From Epiperipatus broadwayi (taxonomy: Eukaryota; Animalia; Onychophora), in the NCBI GenBank assembly GCA_028023455.1, contig JAQFVV010000010.1, positions 12,710,001 to 12,774,000 on the forward strand: a DNA stretch of 64,000 bases. Reading direction: 5' to 3'. Of this stretch, positions 50,156 to 63,129 are shown one piece after another. How positions within the stretch are numbered: position 1 is the stretch's first letter; every line of letters starts with the position of its first letter. The position numbers were made by a program, and so were the translations under genes. A model generated the notes under the pieces. It saw nothing but the letters and a program-made list of their open reading frames with translations, was not told the DNA's origin and made no database searches.

Positions 50156-51035
50156 GTAAGTTTAATTAATGTAACATTTGCCAATTTTAGAATAATAACT
50201 TTTTTGTATATTGCATACACAGTTATAGTAATAATTTAAACTTTTATGTTATAATTATTGCTGGATCTTATGACCAGCAAGTAAATAAATGGACAAAGGC
50301 AGAATTGAGATGGTAAAATTATAGTTTAATACGGTTAAATTCAACTATATACATAGCCTATTATAAGGCGAAATAAAATAATTAAAACTCAGAACATACT
50401 CGGAACGTATTCAGAACATCAGAACAATTAGAACAGGTTATGAGGGTTTATATACCCCTCAAGACTTCTGGAGTCTTTGCATTCCTAACCATATATGGTG
50501 TTTTCACTTACGTTTTTACATACACACAGTATTTTCACGTTTCTCACCATATATGATATTTTACATAGTTTTCTGACCCTATAAGGTCAGCTAAGCTTTC
50601 TATTATTATACAACTGTCTATGATTTAATAACATTGTAATTTTTACACATTGTTATACTTAATTACTATACAGTTATTTTACATTTTTATTTATACATTA
50701 CTTTTATTCTACATTTACATATTCGTTATATTTATACAATTATTATTATTTACATATTCATTATACATTATGTGTTTATACCTTGACCTTGAATACTGCA
50801 CTCCTCCCCCACTCCAGAAGTATGGTTTTTCACCTAACATAGTCTGTGAGTTGAGACAGTTGCTGGCGATCTTTGCTGTGCTATGCCAATTTACTGTTTG
50901 TTAGTGGTGGTTTCAATGCGCCAATTTTTGCTGTGCTATAGGTACTTTCCGGGGTTTTGTTACAATAGGTTTTCCTCTGTCTCTTAACTCTATCTCTACA
51001 GGCAAGGTGGTAGTTGTGACTTACGCCCCATGTGG

Positions 51036-51340
51036 CCACAAGAGGCGCTATTTCCGTGTCAACCACAGAAATATCCAGAGTAGGGGCCCAAAAGCAGCCG
51101 ACGCAAAGTTCCAGCCGCTAGATGGCGCTGTTCTCCATGCGTACGCACCAGTAGTGGGCCAGAAGCAGACGATGCAAAATTCCAGCTGCTAGATGGCACT
51201 GTTCACCATGCGTATGCACAGTAACCTTATGCCAAGTAGATGCCAGCACTATTACCCGCTTGGTGGCGCTGTTAGCCATAGGTAAAGCGATCCAGCTTAC
51301 ATCATCTGATAAACAGCAATCTAGCCCACTAGGTGGCACT
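51036..51340 (+). promoter_or_regulatory. Array of CTCF-like motifs at about 70-bp spacing
   Basis: CCGCTAGATGGCGCT (51115), CTGCTAGATGGCACT (51186), CCGCTTGGTGGCGCT (51256), CCACTAGGTGGCACT (51326), plus the weaker CCACAAGAGGCGCT (51036). All are in the same orientation. Protein binding is inferred. Confidence 0.55.
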
Positions 51341-52189
51341 GTTTCTCCACGCTATGCGCGGAAAAAATGACCATTTAGAAGCAATATTTACACTCGCTTG
51401 CTAGTTCCGGTTTACATCCACGTTCTTAAAACAAACATAACATGTAATGTGAAGGTGTGAATAATATAGAAAACCATAACTATTTAAATCTGCTTTAAAA
51501 TTTAATATTCTTACATTGAATTTCACTCTCTGATAAATCTATATATTTTTAAATTATTTTATTTTAAAAATCGATCTTTTTTTTTTCTGTAAAAATGTTT
51601 TTACCACTTCCGTTTTACTTCAATCTTTCAAAACTGCTAAAAATCGTTAGTTTGAAAAGTAATTGTTTGTAAAACTTTTTTTTTTATACTTTAAAATAAT
51701 ATTTCAAGCAACTTCTAAAGTAATACAAATTACATTTCTGTTTATAGATCTTTTATTTCGCAAACATGTTATTTTAAAAAGATAAAATTGCGTTTTATTA
51801 CGTGCGCGAACAATAATTCGAAGATTACACAATAAATATTTTTTTATATTACTGGAGAGAAAACAAAACAAACTTTCCTTTAAATATATTAAAAGATCTA
51901 TTCAGTTCAAAAATACATTTATTAAAATTAATGTGTGCAAGCAATAAAACTTCAAACAGATTGTAGTGTGTGGTGATTTATTCAGTGTAAAAATCAACGT
52001 GTTATTTTAAAACTTTTTTATTTATAATTTCAAATAATATTTCCAGCAAGTTTTAAAATAATACACATTATATTTCGGTTTATAGATCTTTTATTTCACA
52101 AACGTGCTATTTTAAAAAGATAAATTTGTGTTTTGTTATGTGCGCGAACAATAATTCGAAGATCTCTTACACAATAAATATTTTTAAAT

Positions 52190-54560
52190 TACTGGAGAGA
52201 AAACAATGTTGCATTTTCGATCTCTTCTTGTTACTCCCAATATACATCTCTCCATACTTTTTTGAGTGGTCTGAAGTCTGTATTGCTCTTCTTTTAAGTA
52301 TCCAAGTCTCAGATCCATAAGTAAGAACAGGTAAAACACATTTATTAAAAATCTTTCTTTACAAACACATAGGCATATTTCCTTTTAGTATCAAGTTATT
52401 TCTACTAAAAGCACTCCAACAAAGTTTAATTCTATGATTAATTTCATCTGCATTATTGCAAAAACAACTACATCATCTGAAAAATTTTAATGACTTAAAT
52501 AATCATTTATTTCACTCCTTCAGCTTCCCATTTTAATCCACAAAATACTTCTTGCAGTACTGCTGTAAAACGTTTTGGAGATATGGAGTCACCCTGTCTT
52601 ACACTCTCCTCAATGTTGACTTTTACTGTATCATTATATAATCTAATTGTTGCTGTTCCATTTTTATAAATATTCTTTAAAATATGACAATATACCTTGA
52701 TGATCCAATGGTTTAATCACTGAAAGAAATCCAAAACATAATGGCAACTGATATTCATTTGTCCTTTCTATAACTTCTCTCAATCCCTGGATATGATATC
52801 CTGTACTAAAACCACTTTTAAATCCAGTTTGTTCTCTTGGTTGGTGGAAATCCAATGTTCTCTGCAGACGAGTTGTAATTATCTTGGTAAAAATTTTGTA
52901 TGTAACTGATAAACGGCTGATAGGTCTGTAATTTCTAATATCTTCTTTATCACCTTTTTTAAATATTAATATTAATACTGCATTTTTCCAATCATCTGGC
53001 ACATCTTTATCATTTAGACATTTGGTATATAACATTGCTAAAAAAAATTAAATTTTTTCACCTCCTTCTTTTAATATATCAATTATAATTCTACCATTAC
53101 CTGGAGCCTTTTCTTTCTTTATATATTTAATTGTATGTCTCACTTCTTCTTTTAAAATTATGGGCAATTCAAAAGATGTAATAGATATAGAAGGTATTTG
53201 TTCTTTATTACTATATAATTCTTGATAAAAGTCTTCTATCCATTTCATGATGTCATCTCTCTTTTTAGTAATAATTCTAGCTTTTTTTCTTATTGCAGAT
53301 ATAAATTTCCTACCAATACAAAAATGTTGTTTTACACTCTTGAGACTTTCATTCTCTTCTACTGCTTTCCTTGCTAGTTCACAGTTATACTTTCTTATAT
53401 CATTTTCAATTCTTTTCCACATCATTTTACAAAATTCGAGATATTCAATTCTTTTTAACACATCATTTTTGTATATCTTCATATTCATTCTTTTCTTCAG
53501 AAATTCACTAGTCTCAGTAGAAATGTTATTGGTCAAGTGCTGCTTTTTTCAACCAGTTATTTTTGTTGCAGTGTTTAAAAGTGTATCAGTTGTTTTCATA
53601 TTAATTTCATTCAAATGTGAATCATGTTCAAAATCTACTAATTCTTGAAACCTATTTGTAAGTTCTAATTTAAATTCATTAGAATGTTTCTGAAAATTAG
53701 GAATATCAACTGTAAATATGGTTTTTCTTAATAATTTTTGTCTCTCTAGTTTTGCATTAACATGTATTTCACATCTTACTAATCGATGACCACTTCCTCT
53801 TAAGAACATTACAATCTTGAAATATGTAATTTCTGTTAGTCAAAATATAATCCAATTCTGCTGTACCTTCATTTGGATGCTTCCATGTCCATTTCCTTTA
53901 AACATTTTTCTCAAAATAATAATTCATCATATAAAGTTTTCCTTTTTCAACAGAACTCCACAAGTCTATGTCCTCTCTCATTTCTATTACCATAACCAAA
54001 ATTACCTACAGCACTTTCATCTTTCATTTATTTACCAATTCTAGCATTAAAGTCTCCCATAACAATTTTAAAATGTTTACTCTGATCAAAAGCCTTTTGT
54101 GCATCCATATAAAAATCTTCTACTATTTCATCACTTTGAGAACTTGTTGGGGCATAAATCTGAATTATCTGCATTTGGTATCTGCTATTAAGTTGTATAA
54201 CTAATCTTGCCACTCTGTCCAATCCACCATCAATCTCCACAATGTTGTTCTTCCACTTTTTATTTATAATGAATCCTACTCCATTTGTATTTCCAATATG
54301 TGTGCCTTTATAGTAGAGTACATGTTTACTATTTAAAACAATTGTTTCTTCACCTTTTCTTCTAACTTCACAAAGTCCAATAATGTCCCATTTAATATAA
54401 GACAGTTTTTCTTCTAACTCTTGCAATCTTCCTTCACTTGAAAGTGATCTGCAGTTGTAAGTAATACCTAAATAAAAAAATTCATCGTCAAATGGCAGCC
54501 TAGGTCCACAATCAGGGGATTCTTAGCACCTTCAGCCACCAACTGCTGCCTTGGTTGCTG
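52190..54560 (-). mobile_element. Decayed RTE-clade LINE (AP endonuclease plus RT)
   Basis: WDIIGLCEVRRKGE, IQIYAPT, VMGDFNARIG, KAPG, NYRPIS, REQTGF, VRQGDSISP and CVLPVLTYGSETW motifs across several broken frames. Confidence 0.9.
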
Positions 54561-56944
54561 ACTTTACAGTCTCCTGGGAATAAGGGCCATGATTTATTTT
54601 CGTCTGTCATAATTGTATATATATATTGGAAAAATATTTATCATTTACACAAGCATTCATTCTGCCTTATCAGGCAACTGAGAAGAAAGTCCATGGTGTT
54701 TCTTGATCTTAAACTCAGAGGTAAAAATCCAATAACCTCGTCATGCTGGCTAATGCATGTTGGTGAGCAGCCCATCCATGTTTATATACTATATGAATAA
54801 TCACATAGTAATAACAACTGCAATGACAAGAACATATGGAGAGTGGACATTAAGAATTTGCCCTGCTCAGTTCCTTTAAGGCCTCCAAAAGAAATCAAAG
54901 GGTTTCCTTTCAATTAATAGCAAACTCCTTTCTGCAGCCAAAACAAGATAAAAGGAATTATTCTTATACTGCACTTTTAGGACCCAAAGTAAATAATTTA
55001 TGTATATATAAAAAAATTGATAGAAATTTTTTAGTTGGATAAGTACAAAATACATTAGAACCAAAGAACTATAAAGGTAAATGCTACTTTATAGTTAATA
55101 CTGATTGATAATTTGGAATTAAGCTAAATGTCATTTCTATCAGATCTATGAAAATTTTTGTAAAGTTGAACTGAATCTCAGAAAAGTAAAATTACAGTCT
55201 TAACTTAAGACCAAAAATAGAATGTCATTTTTATTATATGTCTAGGAAAAAAAAAAAAGAATTATAAAGGTTCTCAATAATATCTGGACATATTCTATAG
55301 GCATAGTGGGTAAATGTACACAAAGTTATTGTAGATGATTGCAATAAGAATTGAATATTAAATGAGTAATGAAGCCACTAATGGTATGGAAGAAATAGGT
55401 TGGATATCTAGCTTCAAGAAAACTTAAAAGATATAAGATTTTTTAAAGAGAATTTTCAAAATTGATTAATAAACAGAAAAAATCTGTAATTCATCATGAA
55501 TAAGTATATCATATAAACAGTTGTTGCAAGTATGAAAATCTACCCAAGGATGGCAATAAATTTGTAACCTCCTGAGTGTAGAAAATTTCTTGCATTAAAT
55601 CAAATCTTAATGATTAATCAAAGTAAACTATAGTTTATTAGTTGATATTGTGAAATTGGTAAATATTTAAGTGTCCCTGTTGGGTGATATATATTAAAAT
55701 TTGTCTATTTAGAAATTCATTTATAGATTCATTAAACCACCTAACTACTCTGAAATATTATATTAGAAAATCTGTAGAGATTCTAACCAGTAAATAAATT
55801 CAAGTATATTTATTAACTCCTTTAAGTTTGCCACTATTTTCTGTTTGAACACAACCCCATATGTTAATAATTGTTGAAATGCACCAAAAAATGCTATAAT
55901 ACATCATAATGACAATTCTAGAGATATCATTCAGGTATAATTTTAAGTCATTATGAATTCTTTATGAACCTTTATTTTAGTAATGGTTATTAGATTTTGT
56001 TATAATCGTAATCTAAGATTGATCATATAATATCAGAGGAAAAAAAAGAATGGACTTTACTTATGTAGACTGCTGCAAGTGATGAAGAGAGAAATAGGCG
56101 ATCAAGTAATGAGGCTGAGAAATTGTCAACAATACAATCAGTAAGAACTGTTTAGTACTGAGAAGTGGAATAAAAATGATAGTTTGCATAAATGTTGCTT
56201 GGAAAATGCATGTAATCATTTAGAGTTTATTACATTGTGAAATTAAAAAATAAATATAATGACATCTTTGAATTTAATGATGTATTATGAAAATGTCAGG
56301 AAAGTAGTATTAATATTTGAATACATGTATAATTATAACAAAGCCAATAATTCTTAAAGATAAATCAGACCAGAGACATTTTTCAAATTAACAAGATAAT
56401 GATGCCCATTGCTGGTCTGTCATTCATCTATTTTTTTGAATAAGCCAAAATATGACCATGTTTCAGAATTGTACATTATTGAAAAGCAAATGAATTAAAA
56501 CAAAAAAAAATTAGTTTGTGAACTTTTAATTGTGGATTAATATCTTTAATATTCATTATGGTTACCACAAGCAAGGCTGAATCCATAAGTAAAAAGTTAA
56601 GATCTAGGTTTTATTGTCACAATAGGTTAATTGAGTAATATGGTTAGATGATTTAGTGAAGATATAGTGGAGATATCTGGATCATTGTAGAAGTTAGAAT
56701 TTAGGAAATAATTTTGTCTTTAAGAAGAATGCAGTCTTGATATTATATGTCAACCATTTACTTTCACTCCTTTAGCTTCCCATTGTAATCCCCAAAATTA
56801 CATATGGCCAATACATACATACACTAAGAGATATACACACACAGTTCAACTGTTAAATAAAAATTATATGGAAAATATAATGGTCTTATTTGACATTTGA
56901 AAAATTATAACATTTACCCACCCCCCTCCACACACACACACTTT

Positions 56945-57757
56945 TCAAGCAAGCCGTAAGATATGCAATTGTAAAATAACTATTTTAATGAAAATGAAGA
57001 CAATTTTAATGGAAAAATAACATGTAATTTCTCTGTTCGGCTTTGTATGGTGGTGCCATCTTTCGGGATACTCGGTTATTTTCCGATAACTTTCATTTTC
57101 TGGTAAACTGCAATCACGGGCTTTGTGACCAATTTTTCTACATCGGTAACATTTAATTTGTTTATCAGGTTTGGGTTTAACTTCAGACGTTTTAATTTTT
57201 GTATCTTGAAGTGTTTCTGTTGTGACGCTTCTGAACTCTCTCGCTTGGTCAAGCTGCAATTCATAAACTGTTGCACGTCTGATAGCTTCCTCGTAGGTTA
57301 CATCTTTTATTGCCTGTAAGATCTGTCTAAACTGGTCATCATTTATTCCGAATAATAATTGTTCCATAAGGGCTTCGTCTAAATATTTACCGTAAAGGCA
57401 TGGCCTTGCCATCTCTCTTAAACCAATCTCATATTCTTTTATTTTTTCATTCTTTCTTTGCCTTCTGCTTCTAAAGTGCAATCGAGCAATAAACTTGGAT
57501 GGCTGGGGATTGAAATATTCATTTAGCTGTTTTACGATCTCATCGTATTTCTGTGTCTCCGGCGAATTTTCACACAGTTTGTTAGCTATTTCGATTACTC
57601 TTTCGCCTGCAAAGCAAAGTAATGAGGCTACTTTTACAGTATTCTCCTTAATACTATTTAGTATAAAGTAGTTTTTAATTCTCTGAATATACAGTGGCCA
57701 ATCACTCGGATTTTGTACATTAAATTTGCAAATAGAAACTTGCGTTATGCTCGCCAT
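56945..57757 (-). CDS. Gypsy Gag with CCHC knuckle; the last about 28 aa run into unrelated AT-rich sequence
   Basis: DWPLYIQRIKNYF, ARLHFRSRRQ...E.I.EY...LR and CYRCRKIGHKARDC motifs. Confidence 0.85.
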   Translation of the reverse strand: MASITQVSICKFNVQNPSDWPLYIQRIKNYFILNSIKENTVKVASLLCFAGERVIEIANKLCENSPETQKYDEIVKQLNEYFNPQPSKFIARLHFRSRRQRKNEKIKEYEIGLREMARPCLYGKYLDEALMEQLLFGINDDQFRQILQAIKDVTYEEAIRRATVYELQLDQAREFRSVTTETLQDTKIKTSEVKPKPDKQIKCYRCRKIGHKARDCSLPENESYRKITEYPERWHHHTKPNREITCYFSIKIVFIFIKIVILQLHILRLA

Positions 57758-60479
57758 TTCTCTGTTGATTCAAATCCACTTGCTGTTTAGGCAATTATTT
57801 CGAGATTTGATCCTATGATGACCGAGCCAATTTTTAATGCAGTTCCGTTCCTGTATTATTGCCACTTTCTCTGATTCGATTCCTGTGCCGACTGCGCCAA
57901 TATGCTGGGTCTTATGACCAGCAAGTAAATAAATGGACAAAGGCAGAATTGAGATGGTAAAATTATAGTTTAATACGGTTAAATTCAACTATATACATAG
58001 CCTATTATAAGGCGAAATAAAATAATTAAAACTCAGAACATACTCGGAACGTATTCAGAACATTTCAGAACAATTAGAACAGGTTATGAGGGTTTATATA
58101 CTCCTCAAGACTTCTGGAGTCTTTTGCATTCCTAACCATATATGGTGTTTTCACATACATTTTTACATACACACAGTATTTTCATGTTTCTCACCATATA
58201 TGGTATTTTACATAGTTTTCTGACCCTATAAGGTCAGCTAAGCTTTCTATTATTATACAACTGTCTATGATTTAATAACATTGTAATTTTTACACATTGT
58301 TATACTTAATTACTATACAGTTATTTTACATTTTTATTTATACATTACTTTTATTCTACATTTACATATTCGTTATATTTATATAATTATTATTATTTAC
58401 ATATTCATTATACATTATGTGTTTATACCTTGACCTTGAATACTGCAATTATATAAGAGCTCTCTTCTTTAAACATGTGATGCCACAATTATAATAAGAA
58501 GTAATCTCTTGTCCCTATATTTTTTTGTGAAGTTTCATCCATATTTATAGCTTGTGTTATATAGGAAATTCGAAAATTTTAAAAGATATCTCACAAAGGA
58601 TAGAAGTAGATTCTTAAATTCTTTCACTTGCTAAAAAGTTCGTCATCTGTGGATTGGTTTAATTAGCTTGATCATGAATTGTTGCTCCATATTATTGATT
58701 TTATTAGTTTGCCAGGCAATCTTCGAAGTGAATTTAAATCAGATTGTCATCCCATTTTAATTATATATATATTTATTCTTTCATTATTATGTTTCTCCTG
58801 ACTTTATACATATCTTAAGTCTGTGTTGCTTTTCTATTCTGATCATTTTTATACAATGGTTGGACGCAAAATTAACGATTTCTGGATTAAACCTCAACCT
58901 GTCCACTTCTGATGCTTGAATATTAAATGATCTTCTAAGCAATTAACTTTTTGATTCTTCATTTTATTGTTTCCTTATTTTCAATGTGTCATTTTATTTT
59001 TTACAATTATTGGGAAAAAAAAAAAAATTAATAAACTTGAAAGTAATTTTATTTGAAATGAAATGATAAAAGTCTTTTTGGAAAATTGTTTGGTTATTTG
59101 ATTTTTAGTTTTATTATTGTAATTAGAAATTTATGAAAATTTAGTTACTGGGAAATTACTCGTTAATGAGCAAATTAATTAAAATAGATGCCTATGCATA
59201 TAAAATATAATAGCTCATTGTTGGATGAAATAACTTAGGAAGTAAACAATATTCTCCAAGAGTGATTATGGAAGAAGATGAAGTGTACTGAAGGTTAGTA
59301 TTAAATATTAACTTTTTACAATTAATTATGAGTTGTGTGTTAGTGAGATTTTAGATATAATGAGAATTCACATATCATGGCAATCATGATAATCATTTCC
59401 GTTGACTACCAAGATCTGAGAATCTGGAAGAGATTTGTTGGAAATGGGTTGTCTATTACATATATTTCTAGGATATCTAAATATTCATTGCTGATATTAT
59501 GCATATAGAACATATTCAGGTATTCATAATAAAACAATACAAACTTTTGCCCTTTCTTCTCAATATTAACTCCACTAAATTCTTTCATCTTCTGATTATG
59601 GTAATTATATTACTAGATCTTTCTACCAAGCTAAATTAGTCATGAACTCTCTTTATGTAACTAAATTTTATATCTTAAGAATTGTTACCAAATGTCAAAT
59701 AATAAGTGATGATTAATAAAGATTTATTAATAATATGTATATGAAATATAAAATATGATTACAAATATAAGGAACACTATAATTAAATGTAACCCCAAAT
59801 TAATTTATATACTCTGTTTAACATGGCTAATACCTGCCATGGTCTTCTCCAATGGAAATCCTTATTTTGATAACACTTGTTTCTAGTGAATTTTTTAAGA
59901 CTTCAAATTCCTTAAAGTCATTTAATATAGCTTATTTATTTTGTATATGTTCATAATAAAATTAATTTGCTACCAGTGATTAATATTTGAAAATAATTTA
60001 AAATTTATAAAGTGACTTATAATTCAAATCAAGTAATTTGTTTAAATGCTAGAATATTTTTTCATTACATTAATCTGAAGATATGAATATGCTAAATTGT
60101 TGTTTTATTAAGAAGTTATTTCAATGATTAATATTTGCAAATTGGCTAAAATTTATAAAAATTAATTATATTCAAATAAATTATTTTATGTAAATGTTAG
60201 AACATTCTTTCATTACATTAAGATGGGTTTATTAATAGATTATTTTAATAGTCTTAATTCTTTGGAATATTTTATTTATTTAAATGTAATTTAATATCTT
60301 GTGAATCTCCTTCTATGTTTTTGTTTTAATCTATCCATCCTATTTCTAAAATATTTTTTACATATGTATATATCTATCAGGGACGAAGCATCTATGTATT
60401 GAACAGAATGAGTGCTTCCATTGAAAAATTCACTAAAACTTTCAAAAGCATTAATTAAAATTCAATTTAAAAAAATAAC

Positions 60480-61985
60480 TTTCAATTTTTTTATACCAAC
60501 TGTTGAATTGTTTTTAAATATGCAAAGAATGAATTTGATTAATGCAACTCTTTGATTATAAGAAGTTTAAACAATGCTAAAATCTAATTTACAGTTAAAA
60601 CTTTTAAGAATGTTAAAAGGATTTGGAAGATAAAAATATATTGATAATGTATTATCTATATTTAAACTATTCACAATCTGATTAGAATGAGTAATTCAAA
60701 TTCATTATTTTTTGTATGGAATTATTGTTGACTTTCAATTTTTTTACCAACAGTTGAATTGTTTTTATATACCCAGAGTTCAAACAATGCTATGATCTAA
60801 TTTACAGTTGAAACTTTTAAGAATGTTAAAAGGATTTGGAAGATAAAAATATATTGATAATATATTATCTATATTTAAACTAATAATAGTCTGATTAGAA
60901 TGAGAAATTCAAATTCATTATTTTTTGTATGGAATTATTGTTGACTTTCAATTTTTTTTACGAACAGTTGAATTTTACTAGCAAAGAATGAATTTGTCTA
61001 ACACATTCTTGGTTGGTTATAAGAAGTTCAAACAATGCTAAGATCTAATTTACAGTTAAAACTTTTAAGAATGTTAAAAGGATTTGGAAGATAAAAATAT
61101 ATTGATAATGTATTATTTATATTTAAACTATTCACAATCTGATTAGAATGAGTAATTCTAATTCATTATTTTTTGTATGGAATTATTGTTGACTTTCAAT
61201 TTTTTTACCAACAGTTGAATTGTTTTTATATACCCAGAGTTCAAACAATGCTAAGATCTAATTTACAGTTGAAACTTTTAAGAATGTTAAAAGGATTTGG
61301 AAGATAAAAATATATTGATAATATATTATCTATATTTAAACTAATAATAGTCTGATTAGAATGAGAAATTCAAATTCATTATTTTTTGTATGGAATTATT
61401 GTTGATTTTCAGTTTTTTTTACCAACAGTTGAATTTTACTAGCAAAGAATGAATTTGTCTAACACATTCTTGGTTGATTATAAGAAGTTCAAACAATGCT
61501 AAGATCTAATTTACAGTTAAAACTTTTAAGAATGTTAAAAGGATTTGGAAAATAAAAATATATTGATAATGTATTATCTATATTTAAACTATTCACAATC
61601 TGATTAGAATGAGTAATTCTAATTCATTATTTTTTGTATGGGATTATTGTTGACTTTCAATTTTTTTACCAACAGTTGAATTGTTTTTATATACCCAGAG
61701 TTCAAACAATGCTACGATCTAATTTACAGTTGAAACTTTTAAGAATGTTAAAAGGATTTGGAAGATAAAAATACATTGATAATGTATTATCTATATTTAA
61801 ACTATTCACAATCTGATTAGAATGAGCAATTCAAATACATTATTTTTTGTATGAAATTACTGTTGACTTTCAATTTTTTTTTTGCCAACAGTTGAATTGT
61901 TTTTATATATGCAAAGAAGCAAAGAATGAATTCAACTAGCACATTCTCAGTTGATTATAAGAAGTTCAAACAATGCTAAGATCTA
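60480..61985. repeat. Satellite with alternating 213-bp and 248-bp monomers (461-bp higher-order repeat)
   Basis: The anchor AACAATGCT recurs at 60572, 60785, 61033, 61246, 61494, 61707 and 61971 (position of the first C). Confidence 0.95.
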
Positions 61986-63129
61986 AATAATTTATTTGTT
62001 TTAAATTTGATTTTATTTTTAAAAAATTTGTAAGAATATAATAGATTGAAAAATAAAACAGTTCAGTTTTGCCGCTTAAATTTTAATCCAGGAAAAGAAT
62101 GTAAGGTACAAATTTCATTTAAATATTGTTATGTTTGGGCTGTTATTTATTACAACCACCTATTTTGGTGTTACAACATAAACTAGCATATATGTTTAAA
62201 AAAGAAATGAACTCTCATGATGAGGTTGAACTATTTAATGACAAATTAGAAAAGGTTTCAGTGAATAATTATTTACAATTAATTATTGTAATAAAATGTA
62301 ATACAAAATTTACACAAGTATTTTTACAATACATTTATCTATGCCTGAGGCTCATTAACAAATAATAATATAGACTGAGTTGGCTTTTAATTTTGCCTAG
62401 ATCTCTCCTTTCCACCTTCAGCTGGAATTCAGTGGGTAATAAAGCCAGTACAGGTCCTTTTTCTTTAGTAGAGTGTCCAATCTTCAGTAGCAAATATTTT
62501 TTATAGTTAGTTCCTCTTACAGACTGTTAGCATTAGGATCCAATGGACATTCTCTTCTATTGGTCATTTATCTCTATACCTATGCTTATTGGTTTGCAGT
62601 GCTACATGCTCAATCTGGTTTAAATCATACTCGATCTGAGCAAGTCTATAGAAAACTTGTATGCACGTATTTTAATTCGCGCAGCACACAGCACTATCCC
62701 CTGCTACTTCTAAGAAATGCCTGCTTCTCTGGAGTCACATATATTCTTTTACTAGTCTATTTCTCCAGGAGTCACATATATTCTTTTAACAGTCCATTTC
62801 TCCATTTCATAGTAATTATAGAATTAGTTTTTTGGCTTACTGTATCATTTAGTATTCTACTATTATTGTTCACTTTCCAAATGTTCTTTAATAAACAACA
62901 CCATTTCCATGCAGCAAATATCTTGTTACTTAGTTATTATGACTGGCATTAGACAAAACAGTTCATCAATAATAATAAAAAAATATATATGTGTAGTCAA
63001 AATTTAAATGCATAATTCTTTTATAAAAGTAAATCAAATGAATGCTTACACTAAAAAGTGAGTTTTAAGAATGCCATTCTAATGATGGTTTATTACCACT
63101 TATCAACTAGTCACATATATAATCATGTA

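Larger units (their letters stand above)
50259..58447 (-). mobile_element. Non-autonomous gag-only LTR element (8.2 kb)
   Basis: LTRs 50259-50800 and 57903-58447, about 98% identical by manual count. 5-bp TSD ATTAT. PBS TGGCGCAGTCGGCA (tRNA-Ser-like) at about 57886-57899 on the minus strand. PPT GGGGGAGGAG at 50801-50810 on the minus strand. No Gypsy pol detected. Confidence 0.9.

Noticed and set aside
52510-56800. Direct repeat of about 40 bp (TTTCACTCCTT.AGCTTCCCATT) at 52510 and 56762, considered as a TSD or element boundary
   Set aside because: Both are pieces of RTE RT coding sequence (WEA.GVK on the minus strand), so they are two separate LINE relics.
60480-61985. Regular repeats considered as a CRISPR array
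   Set aside because: Units are over 200 bp with no unique spacers, the context is eukaryotic and there are no cas genes.
62126-62365. ORF containing LAYMF, considered as the next LETMD1 exon
   Set aside because: It lacks the expected FP..LL..HFW continuation and a convincing acceptor. The next exon was not found in the window.
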